A DNA stretch of 64,000 nucleotides from Balanoglossus misakiensis (Eukaryota > Animalia > Hemichordata): positions 1,630,247-1,694,246 of the forward strand of contig CM082594.2 in NCBI GenBank assembly GCA_040954595.2. Direction: 5' to 3'. Numbering within the stretch: the stretch's first letter is position 1; each line of letters opens with the position of its first letter. A program made the position numbers and the translations under genes. Of the stretch, positions 12,563-25,043 are shown piece after piece. Under the pieces are notes generated by a model that had not been told where the DNA came from, did not search any database, and was given only the letters and a program-made list of their open reading frames with translations.

Positions 12563-13344
12563 GCAAGATCAAATGACAGTGTTTACGCAAGATGCCGTAA
12601 ATCAGCGAAAAGGTGCGGCGAATGATGTGGGAGAGCGTCATATAATTGGCTATGTACTAGTCAAATTTGGGCTGACAAGATGCTGCCCACCAGGAGCTCG
12701 CGGCAAACGTCTAAAGCCTCTTTTAATGTGATCAATTTACACCCGTGACATAATTAATAGGTTTGGGTTTTCAGAAGTGTCTCTGCGTCAAAATGCCAAG
12801 CAAATAACATGTAAATTCATCATCGTTGGAAAACGAATATAACAGTCATATCTTTTAGACCATCCTCTGTTTATTAGCCCCCTATTGCAATTAATTACCG
12901 TCCCTATCTTATATTGGAGGGAACGGGTTTGTCTTGGCATGTTATGCAAAACACTTGAAAGATGAATTTTTTTAAAAAAAAATGACGTTTATGACATACA
13001 GATGTAACCGACCCCATAAGGTCCCAATGATATATATTTACATCATACACCAAATTGGACTTAAAAACCAAAAATTGAAAGCCGCTGGAGTTTCTGCGAC
13101 TATGAACTCAACGTAAGCTGGACACTACTCACTCCGAGCCCGACCTGGTAATTTGTATGTTGTCCATCGAGCGCCTATAGCTTAGACCTATACAGGAGAG
13201 AACGGTTTATGAAGTTATGTTCAACAAATATATATGATCATGGAATTAGAGAATTTGGAGAAAAAAAATATAATTAAAAATGGACGTTTACGACGACAAA
13301 AAGGAAGACTGTTTAATGCAAAAGTTAAGAAAAAGGAAAAATTC

Positions 13345-13464
13345 AAGGCTACGGCACGTGGTATTCCCAGGCGGTCACCCATCCAAGTACTAACCACGCC
13401 CAACGCACCTTAACTTCGGTGATCGGACGAGAACCGGTGTATTCGACGTGGTATGGCCGTAGGC
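13345..13464 (-). rRNA. 5S rRNA (variants C57G, G117C)
   Basis: 120-nt GCCTACGGCCATACCACG...CCGTAGCCTT with internal control region and T5 terminator. Confidence 0.92.
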
Positions 13465-14403
13465 AAACACTGCTTGAATTTCTACAATTATTAAGCAAAC
13501 GGAAGCTTCACTAACACATAGGCGTACACACAGAGCACGCGGCACGATAATTGTGTGCGTGGCCAGCTGATTGACCATATAATTTATATGGGAGAGAGCG
13601 GTTTTGTCTTGTTATATCCTACAAAAAGTGACCATATTAAAGTGGAGAAATAATGACCTGATAATTTGTGTGGCCGATCGACCGTCCCTATCTAAGGCCT
13701 ATATTGGTATGTTATGCAAGACACACTATTCGAAATAACGCCTGTCCGACAGTCCGAGACTGGTTGTTTTTCCATCAGACTGATAGTAAAAAAGTTACCA
13801 GTCCGGCGGACAGGTTGAATTTAGCGTGGAGTTGACTTGTTTGCGGTATCATAGACGTACGTGACCCCATCGTGACCCTGGCTGTCCGGGATAGCACCAC
13901 CAACGACATCTTTTAGACCATCCTCTGTTTATTAGCCCCCTATTGCAATTAATTACCGTCCCTATCTTATATTGGAGGGAACGGGTTTGTTTTGGCATGT
14001 TATGCAAAACACTTGAAAGATGAATTTTAAAAAAAAAAAATGGCGTTTATGACATACAGATGTAACCGACCCCATAAGGTCCCAATGATATATATTTACA
14101 TCATACACCAAATTGGACTTAAAAACCAAAAATTGAAAGCCGCTGGAGTTTCTGCGACTATGAACTCAACGTAAGCTGGACACTACTCACTCCGAGCCCG
14201 ACCTGGTAATTTGTATGTTGTCCATCGAGCGCCTATAGCTTAGACCTATACAGGAGAGAACGGTTTATGAAGTTATGTTCAACAAAAATATATGATCATG
14301 GAATTAGAGAATTTGGACGAAAAAAAATATAATTAAAAATGGACGTTTACGACGACAAAAAGGAAGACTGTTTAATGCAAAAGTTAAGAAAAAGGAAAAA
14401 TTC

Positions 14404-14523
14404 AAGCCTACGGCACGTGGTATTCCCAGGCGGTCACCCATCCAAGTACTAACCACGCCCAACGCAGCTTAACTTCGGTGATCGGACGAGAACCGGTGTA
14501 TTCGACGTGGTATGGCCGTAGGC
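14404..14523 (-). rRNA. 5S rRNA (array reference sequence)
   Basis: Full 120-nt metazoan 5S with box A and box C. Confidence 0.95.
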
Positions 14524-15463
14524 AAACACTGCTTGAATTTCTACAATTATTAAGCAAACGGAAGCTTCACTAACACATAGGCGTACACACAGAGCACGCG
14601 GCACGATAATTGTGTGCGTGGCCAGCTGATTGACCATATAATTTATATGGGAGAGAGCGGTTTTGTCTTGTTATATCCTACAAAAAGTGACCATATTAAA
14701 GTGGAGAAATAATGACCTGATAATTTGTGTGGCCGATCGACCGTCCCTATCTAAGGCCTATATTGGTATGTTATGCAAGACACACTATTCGAAATAACGC
14801 CTGTCCGACAGTCCGAGACTGGTTGTTTTTCCATCAGACTGATAGTAAAAAAGTTACCAGTCCGGCGGACAGGTTGAATTTAGCGTGGAGTTGACTTGTT
14901 TGCGGTATCATAGACGTACGTGACCCCATCGTGACCCTGGCTGTCCGGGATAGCACCACCAACGACATCTTTTAGACCATCCTCTGTTTATTAGCCCCCT
15001 ATTGCAATTAATTACCGTCCCTATCTTATATTGGAGGGAACGGGTTTGTTTTGGCATGTTATGCAAAACACTTGAAAGATGAATTTTAAAAAAAAAAAAA
15101 TGGCGTTTATGACATACAGATGTAACCGACCCCATAAGGTCCCAATGATATATATTTACATCATACACCAAATTGGACTTAAAAACCAAAAATTGAAAGC
15201 CGCTGGAGTTTCTGCGACTATGAACTCAACGTAAGCTGGACACTACTCACTCCGAGCCCGACCTGGTAATTTGTATGTTGTCCATCGAGCGCCTATAGCT
15301 TAGACCTATACAGGAGAGAACGGTTTATGAAGTTATGTTCAACAAAAATATATGATCATGGAATTAGAGAATTTGGACGAAAAAAAATATAATTAAAAAT
15401 GGACGTTTACGACGACAAAAAGGAAGACTGTTTAATGCAAAAGTTAAGAAAAAGGAAAAATTC

Positions 15464-15583
15464 AAGCCTACGGCACGTGGTATTCCCAGGCGGTCACCCA
15501 TCCAAGTACTAACCACGCCCAACGCAGCTTAACTTCGGTGATCGGACGAGAACCGGTGTATTCGACGTGGTATGGCCGTAGGC
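15464..15583 (-). rRNA. 5S rRNA (array reference sequence)
   Basis: Full 120-nt copy. Confidence 0.95.
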
Positions 15584-16523
15584 AAACACTGCTTGAATTT
15601 CTACAATTATTAAGCAAACGGAAGCTTCACTAACACATAGGCGTACACACAGAGCACGCGGCACGATAATTGTGTGCGTGGCCAGCTGATTGAACATATA
15701 ATTTTTATGGGAGAGAGCGGTTTTGTCTTGTTATATCCTACAAAAAGTGACCATATTAAAGTGGAGAAATAATGACCTGATAATTTGTGTGGCCGATCGA
15801 CCGTCCCTATCTAAGGCCTATATTGGTATGTTATGCAAGACACACTATTCGAAATAACGCCTGTCCGACAGTCCGAGACTGGTTGTTTTTCCATCAGACT
15901 GATAGTAAAAAAGTTACCAGTCCGGCGGACAGGTTGAATTTAGCGTGGAGTTGACTTGTTTGCGGTATCATAGACGTACGTGACCCCATCGTGACCCTGG
16001 CTGTCCGGGATAGCACCACCAACGACATCTTTTAGACCACCCTCTGTTTATTAGCCCCCTATTGCAATTAATTACCGTCCCTATCTTATATTGGAGGGAA
16101 CGGGTTTGTTTTGGCATGTTATGCAAAACACTTGAAAGATGAATTTTTAAAAAAAAAAAATGGCGTTTATGACATACAGATGTAACCGACCCCATAAGGT
16201 CCCAATGATATATATTTACATCATACACCAAATTGGACTTAAAAACCAAAAATTGAAAGCCGCTGGAGTTTCTGCGACTATGAACTCAACGTAAGCTGGA
16301 CACTACTCACTCCGAGCCCGACCTGGTAATTTGTATGTTGTCCATCGAGCGCCTATAGCTTAGACCTATACAGGAGAGAACGGTTTATGAAGTTATGTTC
16401 AACAAAAATATATGATCATGGAATTAGAGAATTTGGACGAAAAAAAATATAATTAAAAATGGACGTTTACGACGACAAAAAGGAAGACTGTTTAATGCAA
16501 AAGTTAAGAAAAAGGAAAAATTC

Positions 16524-16643
16524 AAGCCTACGGCACGTGGTATTCCCAGGCGGTCACCCATCCAAGTACTAACCACGCCCAACGCAGCTTAACTTCGGTG
16601 ATCGGACGAGAACCGGTGTATTCGACGTGGTATGGCCGTAGGC
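16524..16643 (-). rRNA. 5S rRNA (array reference sequence)
   Basis: Full 120-nt copy. Confidence 0.95.
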
Positions 16644-17581
16644 AAACACTGCTTGAATTTCTACAATTATTAAGCAAACGGAAGCTTCACTAACACATAG
16701 GCGTACACACAGAGCACGCGGCACGATAATTGTGTGCGTGGCCAGCTGATTGACCATATAATTTATATGGGAGAGAGCGGTTTTGTCTTGTTATATCCTA
16801 CAAAAAGTGACCATATTAAAGTGGAGAAATAATGACCTGATAATTTGTGTGGCCGATCGACCGTCCCTATCTAAGGCCTATATTGGTATGTTATGCAAGA
16901 CACACTATTCGAAATAACGCCTGTCCGACAGTCCGAGACTGGTTGTTTTTCCATCAGACTGATAGTAAAAAAGTTACCAGTCCGGTGGACAGGTTGAATT
17001 TAGCGTGGAGTTGACTTGTTTGCGGTATCATAGACGTACGTGACCCCATCGTGACCCTGGCTGTCCGGGATAGCACCACCAACGACATCTTTTAGACCAT
17101 CCTCTGTTTATTAGCCCCCTATTGCAATTAATTACCGTCCCTATCTTATATTGGAGGGAACGGGTTTGTCTTGGCATGTTATGCAAAACACTTGAAAGAT
17201 GAATTTTTTTTTAAAAAAATGACGTTTATGACATACAGATGTAACCGACCCCATAAGGTCCCAATGATATATATTTACATCATACACCAAATTGGACTTA
17301 AAAACCAAAAATTGAAAGCCGCTGGAGTTTCTGCGACTATGAACTCAACGTAAGCTGGACACTACTCACTCCGAGCCCGACCTGGTAATTTGTATGTTGT
17401 CCATCGAGCGCCTATAGCTTAGACCTATACAGTAGAGAACGGTTTATGAAGTTATGTTCAACAAAAATATATGATCATGGAATTAGAGAATTTGGAGAAA
17501 AAAAATATAATTAAAAATGGACGTTTACGACGACAAAAAGGAAGACTGTTTAATGCAAAAGTTAAGAAAAAGGAAAAATTC

Positions 17582-17701
17582 AAGCCTACGGCACGTGGTA
17601 TTCCCAGGCGGTCACCCATCCAAGTACTAACCACGCCCAACGCAGCTTAACTTCAGTGATCGGACGAGAACCGGTGTATTCGACGTGGTATGGCCGTAGG
17701 C
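17582..17701 (-). rRNA. 5S rRNA (C47T)
   Basis: Full 120-nt copy. Confidence 0.93.
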
Positions 17702-18646
17702 CAACACTGCTTGAATTTCTACAATTATTAAGCAAACGGACGCTTCACTAAGACATAGGCGTACACACAGAGCACGCGGCACGATAATTGTGTGCGTGAC
17801 CAGCTGATTGACCGACCCGATCTTATAATTTATATGGGAGAGAGCGGTTTTGTCTTGTTATATCCTACAAAAAGTGACCATATTAAAGTGGAGAAATAAT
17901 GACCTGATAATTTGTGTGGCCGATCGACCGTCCCTATCTAAGGCCTATATTGGTATGTTATGCAAGACACACTATTCGAAATAACGCCTGTCCGACAGTC
18001 CGAGACTGGTTGTTTTTCCATCAGACTGATAGTAAAAAAGTTACCAGTCCGGCGGACAGGTTGAATTTAGCGTGGAGTTGACTTGTTTGCGGTATCATAG
18101 ACGTACGTGACCCCATCGTGACCCTGGCTGTCCGGGATAGCACCACCAACGATATCTTTTAGACCATCCTCTGTTTATTAGCCCCCTATTGCAATTAATT
18201 ACCGTCCCTATCTTATATTGGAGGGAACGGGTTTGTCTTGGCATGTTATGCAAAACACTTGAAAGATGATTTTTTTAAAAAAAAAATGACGTTTATGACA
18301 TACAGATGTAACCGACCCCATAAGGTCCCAATGATATATATTTACATCATACACCAAATTGGACTTAAAAACCAAAAATTGAAAGCCGCTGGAGTTTCTG
18401 CGACTATGAACTCACGTAAGCTGGACACTACTCACTCCGAGCCCGACCTGGTAATTTGTATGTTGTCCATCGAGCGCCTATAGCTTAGACCTATACAGGA
18501 GAGAACGGTTTATGAAGTTATGTTCAACAAAAATATATGATCATGGAATTAAAGAATTTGGAGAAAAAAATATAATTAAAAATGGACGTTTACGACGACA
18601 AAAAGGAAGACTGTTTAATGCAAAAGTTAAGAAAAAGGAAAAATTC

Positions 18647-18766
18647 AAGCCTACGGCACGTGGTGTTCCCAGGCGGTCACCCATGCAAGTACTAACCACG
18701 CCCAACGCAGCTTAACTTCGGTGATCGGACGAGAACCGGTGTATTCGACGTGGTATGGCCGTAGGC
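18647..18766 (-). rRNA. 5S rRNA (G82C, T102C)
   Basis: Full 120-nt copy. Confidence 0.92.
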
Positions 18767-19034
18767 AAACACTGCTTGAATTTCTACAATTATTAAGCAA
18801 ACGGAAGCTTCACTAACACATAGGCGTACACACAGAGCACGCGGCACGATAATTGTGTGCGTGGCCAGCTGATTGACCGACCCTATCTTATAATTTATAT
18901 GGGAGAGAGCGGTTTTGACTTGTTATATCCTACAAAAAGTGACCATATTAAAGTGGAGAAATAATGACCTGATAATTTGTGTGGCCGATCGACCGTCCCT
19001 ATGTAAGGCCTATATTGGTATGTTATGCAAGACA

Positions 19035-19376
19035 CAACTTCCGCCGCCGTTAAAAAAATATTTGTGCTTGTCGAAAAAAAAGTTTCACTGTTCCCTAAAA
19101 AGTTACAAAGTAGCACTTGAAAAAAATAATAGCGCCCCCATGAAAAAGTTTGTCAGTAGCAATAGAAAGAGCGCCCCCATAAGTTGTGTAACTAGAAATT
19201 ATATTAAAATATATTTACATCTGTAAAATACAATTTTCACCCGCGAAAAGTAATGTTACTTAAAAAAAGTAATACAAAATTAACTATTTCTTTCTGAAAA
19301 TAAAAAAATTCTATGTAGTATAGATAATATTTTATCTCAAGTGTTAGAAGTTTATTTGGGAAAAAAATCTTAAAAT
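19035..19376 (-). repeat. 342-bp non-rDNA filler at the first inversion junction; inverted copy of 58969-59310
   Basis: Reverse complement matches 58969-59310 with about 5 differences by eye; 1-2-bp microhomologies at both ends. Confidence 0.93.
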
Positions 19377-19677
19377 CGGACTGTCGGACAGGCGTTATTT
19401 GGAATAGTGTGTCTTGCATAACATACCAATATAGGCCTTAGATAGGGACGGTCGATCGGCCACACAAATTATCAGGTCATTATTTCTCCACTTTAATATG
19501 GTCACTTTTTGTAGGATATAACAAGACAAAACCGCTCTCTCCCATATAAATTATAAGATAGGGTCGGTCAATCAGCTGGCCACGCACACAATTATCGTGC
19601 CGCGTGCTCTGTGTGTACGCCTATGTGTTAGTGAAGCTTCCGTTTGCTTAATAATCGTAGAAATTCAAGCAGTGTTT

Positions 19678-19797
19678 GCCTACGGCCATACCACGTCGAA
19701 TACACCGGTTCTCGTCCGATCACCGAAGTTAAGCTGCGTTGGACGTGGTTAGTACTTGGATGGGTGACCGCCTGGGAATACCACGTGCCGTAGCCTT
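19678..19797 (+). rRNA. 5S rRNA (G66A, G117C)
   Basis: Full 120-nt copy. Confidence 0.92.
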
Positions 19798-20990
19798 GAA
19801 TTTTTCCTTTTTCTTAACTTTTGCATTAAACAGTCTTCCTTTTTGTCGTCGTAAACGTCCATTTTTAATTATTTTTTTTTCTCCAAATTCTTTAATTCCA
19901 TGATCATATATTTTTGTTGAACATAACTTCATAAACCGTTCTCTCCTGTATAGGTCTAAGCTATAGGCGCTCGATGGACAACATACAAATTACCAGGTCG
20001 GGCTCGGAGTGAGTAGTGTCCAGCTTACGTTGAGTTCATTGTCGCAGAAATTCAAGCAGTCTTCATTACATTGTTTTTAAACTTTCCTATTAGGCCTAAA
20101 TAGTCTATTTATTATTTGTCGTCATATACATCAACTTCTTTCTTTCTTTAAATTCATGATTTCTATAACTACCTCAATTCCATGATCATTCAAGTTTTTT
20201 TTTTTTGCAGAACATAGCAAAACAAAACCGTTCGCTCTCGTGCTGTTTGCGTGTGTTAGTACTAGGCTAAAGCTTCGTTTGGGTAAATAGTCGCAGAAAC
20301 TCCAGCGGCTTTCAATTTTTGGTTTTTAAGTCCAATTTGGTGTATGATGTTAATATACCATTGGGACCCTATGGGGTCGGTTACATCTGTATGTCATAAA
20401 CGTCATTTTTTTTTTTTTAAAATCATCTTTCAAGTGTTTTGCATAACATGCCAAGACAAACCAGTTCCCTCCAATATAAGATAGGGACGGTAATTAATTG
20501 CAATAGGGGCCTAATAAACAAAGGATGGTCTAAAAGATATCGTTGGTGGTGCTATCCCGGACAGCCAGGGTCACGATGGGGTCACGTACGTCTATGATAC
20601 CGCAAACAAGTCAACTCCACGCTAAAGTCAACCTGTCCGCCGGACTGGTAACTTTTTTACTATCAGTCTGATGGAAAAACAACCAGTCTCGGACTGTCGG
20701 ACAGGCGTTATTTGGAATAGTGTGTCTTGCATAACATACCAATATAGGCCTTAGATAGGGACGGTCGATCGGCCACACAAATTATCAGGTCATTATTTCT
20801 CCACTTTAATATGGTCACTTTTTGTAGGATATAACAAGACAAAACCGCCCTCTCCCATATAAATTATAAGATAGGGCCGGTCAATCAGCTGGCCACGCAC
20901 ACAATTATCGTGCCGCGTGCTCTGTGTGTACGCCTATGTGTTAGTGAAGCTTCCGTTTGCTTAATAATTGTAAAAATTCAAGCAGTGTTT

Positions 20991-21110
20991 GCCTACGGCC
21001 ATACCACGTCGAATACACCGGTTCTCGTCCGATCACCGAAGTTAAGCTGCGTTGGGCGTGCTTAGTACTTGGATGGGTGACCGCCTGGGAATACCACGTG
21101 CCGTAGGCTT
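20991..21110 (+). rRNA. 5S rRNA (G71C)
   Basis: Full 120-nt copy. Confidence 0.93.
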
Positions 21111-22302
21111 GAATTTTTCCTTTTTCTTAACTTTTGCATTAAACAGTCTTCCTTTTTGTCGTCGTAAACGTCCATTTTTAATTATTTTTTTTCTCCAAAT
21201 TCTTTAATTCCATGATCATATATGTTTGTTGAACATAAATTCATAAACCGTTCTCTCCTGTATAGGTCTAAGCTATAGGCGCTCGATGGACAACATACAA
21301 ATTACCAGGTCGGGCTCGGAGTGAGTAGTGTCCAGCTTACGTTGAGTTCATTGTCGCAGAAATTCAAGCAGTCTTTATTACAATGTTTTTAAACTTTCCT
21401 ATTAGGCCTAATTAGTCTATTTATTATTTGTCGTCATATACATCAACTTCTTTCTTTCTTTAAATTCATGATTTCTATAACTACCTCAATTCCACGATCA
21501 TTCAAGTTTTTTTTTTTTGCAGAACATAGCAAAACAAAACCGTTCGCACTCGTGCTGTTTGCGTGTGTTAGTACTAGGCTAAAGCTTCGTTTGGGTAAAT
21601 AGTCGCAGAAACTCCCGCGGCTTTCAATTTTTGGTTTTTAAGTCCAATTTGGTGTATGATGTTAATATACCATTGGGACCTTATGGGGTCGGTTAAATCT
21701 GTATGTCATAAACGTCATTTAAAAAAAAAAAAATTCATCTTTCAAGTGTTTTGCATAACATGCCAAGACAAACCCGTTCCCTCCAATATAAGATAGGGAC
21801 GGTAATTAATTGCAATAGGGGCCTAATAAACAGAGGATGGTCTAAAAGATATCGTTGGTGGTGCTATCCCGGACAGCCAGGGTCACGATGGGGTCACGTA
21901 CATCTATGATACCGCAAACAAGTCAACTCCACGCTAAATTCAACCTGTCCGCCGGACTGGTAACTTTTTTACTATCAGTCTGATGGAAAAACAACCAGTC
22001 TCGGACTGTCGGACAGGCGTTATTTCGAATAGTGTGTCTTGCATAACATACCAATATAGGCCTTAGATAGGGACGGTCGATCGGCCACACAAATTATCAG
22101 GTCATTATTTCTCCACTTTAATATGGTCACTTTTTGTAGGATATAATAAGACAAAACCGCTCTCTCCCATATAAATTATAAGATCGGGTCGGTCAATCAG
22201 CTGGCCACGCACACAATTATCGTGCCGCGTGCTCTGTGTGTACGCCTATGTGTTAGTGAAGCTTCCGTTTGCTTAATAATCGTAGAAATTCAAGCAGTGT
22301 TT

Positions 22303-22422
22303 GCCTACGGCCATACCACGTCGAATACACCGGTTCTCGTCCGATCACCGAAGTTAAGCTGCGTTGGGCGTGCTTAGTACTTGGATGGGTGACCGCCTGG
22401 GAATACCACGTGCCGTAGGCTT
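22303..22422 (+). rRNA. 5S rRNA (G71C)
   Basis: Full 120-nt copy. Confidence 0.93.
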
Positions 22423-23614
22423 GAATTTTTCCTTTTTCTTAACTTTTGCATTAAACAGTCTTCCTTTTTGTCGTCGTAAACGTCCATTTTTAATTATTTT
22501 TTTTCTCCAAATTCTTTAATTCCATGATCATATATGTTTGTTGAACATAAATTCATAAACCGTTCTCTCCTGTATAGGTCTAAGCTATAGGCGCTCGATG
22601 GACAACATACAAATTACCAGGTCGGGCTCGGAGTGAGTAGTGTCCAGCTTACGTTGAGTTCATTGTCGCAGAAATTCAAGCAGTCTTCATTACATTGTTT
22701 TTAAACTTTCCTATTAGGCCTAAATAGTCTATTTATTAATTGTCGTCATATACATCAACTTCTTTCTTTCTTTAAATTCATGATTTCTATAACTACCTCA
22801 ATTCCACGATCATTCAAGTTTGTTTTTTTTTGCAGAACATAGCAAAACAAAACCGTTCGCTCTCGTGCTGTTTGCGTGTGTTAGTACTAGGCTAAAGCTT
22901 CGTTTGGGTAAATAGTCGCAGAAACTCCCGCGGCTTTCAATTTTTGGTTTTTTAGTCCAATTTGGTGTATGATGTTAATATACCATCGGGACCTTATGGG
23001 GTCGGTTAAATCTGTATGTCATAAACGTCATTTAAAAAAAAAAAATTCATCTTTCAAGTGTTTTGCATAACATGCCAAGACAAACCCGTTCCCTCCAATA
23101 TAAGATAGGGACGGTAATTAATTGCAATAGGGGCCTAATAAACAGAGGATGGTCTAAAAGATATCGTTGGTGGTGCTATCCCGGACAGCCAGGGTCACGA
23201 TGGGGTCACGTACATCTATGATACCGCAAACAAGTCAACTCCACGCTAAATTCAACCTGTCCGCCGGACTGGTAACTTTTTTACTATCAGTCTGATGGAA
23301 AAACAACCAGTCTCGGACTGTCGGACAGGCGTTATTTCGAATAGTGTGTCTTGCATAACATACCAATATAGGCCTTAGATAGGGACGGTCGATCGGCCAC
23401 ACAAATTATCAGGTCATTATTTCTCCACTTTAATATGGTCACTTTTTGTAGGATATAACAAGACAAAACCGCTCTCTCCCATATAAATTATAAGATAGGG
23501 CCGGTCAATCAGCTGGCCACGCACACAATTATCGTGCCGCGTGCTCTGTGTGTACGCCTATGTGTTAGTGAAGCTTCCGTTCGCTTAATAATTGTAGAAA
23601 TTCAAGCAGTGTTT

Positions 23615-23734
23615 GCCTACGGCCATACCACGTCGAATACACCGGTTCTCGTCCGATCACCGAAGTTAAGCTGCGTTGGGCGTAGTTAGTACTTGGATGG
23701 GTGACCGCCTGGGAATACCACGTGCCGTAGGCTT
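23615..23734 (+). rRNA. 5S rRNA (G70A)
   Basis: Full 120-nt copy. Confidence 0.93.
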
Positions 23735-24923
23735 GAATTTTTCCTTTTTCTTAACTTTTGCATTAAACAGTCTTCCTTTTTGTCGTCGTAAACGTCCATT
23801 TTTAATTTTTTTTTTCTCCAAATTCTTTAATTCCATGATCATATATTTTTGTTGAACATAACTTCATAAACCGTTCTCTCCTATATAGGTCTAAGCTATA
23901 GGCGCTCGATGGACAACATACAAATTACCAGGTCGGGCTCGGAGTGAGTAGTGTCCAGCTTACGTTGAGTTCATTGTCGCAGAAATTCAAGCAGTCTTTA
24001 TTACATTGTTTTTAAACTTTCCTATTAGGCCTAAATAGTCTATTTATTATTTGTCGTCATATACATCAACTTCTTTCTTTCTTTAAATTCATGATTTCTA
24101 TAACTACCTCAATTCCACGATCATTCAAGTTTGTTTTTTTTGCAGAACATAGCAAAACAAAACCGTTCGCTCTCGTGCTGTTTGCGTGTGTTAGTACTAG
24201 GCTAAAGCTTCGTTTGGGTAAATAGTCGCAGAAACTCCCGCGGCTTTCAATTTTTGGTTTTTAAGTCCAATTTGGTGTATGATGTTAATATACCATAGGG
24301 ACCTTATGGGGTCGGTTAAATCTGTATGTCATAAACGTCATTTTAAAAAAAAAATTAATCTTTCAAGTGTTTTGCATAACATGCCAAGACAAACCCGTTC
24401 CCTCCAATATAAGATAGGGACGGTAATTAATTGCAATAGGGGCCTAATAAACAGAGGATGGTCTAAAAGATATCGTTGGTGGTGCTATCCCGGACAGCCA
24501 GGGTCACGATGGGGTCACGTACGTCTATGATACCGCAAACAAGTCAACTCCACGCTAAATTCAACCTGTCCGCCGGACTGGTAACTTTTTTACTATCAGT
24601 CTGATGGAAAAACAACCAGTCTCGGACTGTCGGACAGGCGTTATTTCGAATAGTGTGTCTTGCATAACATACCAATATAGGCCTTAGATAGGGACGGTCG
24701 ATCGGCCACACAAATTATCAGGTCATTATTTCTCCACTTTAATATGGTCACTTTTTGTAGGATATAACAAGACAAAACCGCTCTCTCCCATATAAATTAT
24801 AAGATAGGGCCGGTCAATCAGCTGGCCACGCACACAATTATCGTGCCGCGTGCTCTGTGTGTACGCCTATGTGTTAGTGAAGCTTCCGTTCGCTTAATAA
24901 TTGTAGAAATTCAAGCAGTGTTT

Positions 24924-25043
24924 GCCTACGGCCATACCACGTCGAATACACCGGTTCTCGTCCGATCACCGAAGTTAAGCTGCGTTGGGCGTAGTTAGTA
25001 CTTGGATGGGTGACCGCCTGGGAATACCACGTGCCGTAGGCTT
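24924..25043 (+). rRNA. 5S rRNA (G70A)
   Basis: Full 120-nt copy. Confidence 0.93.

Noticed and set aside
19798-20990. U1/U2/U5/U6 snRNA, tRNA or histone genes linked in the spacer
   Set aside because: None of their conserved sequences could be found by eye on either strand; an Infernal scan would be definitive.
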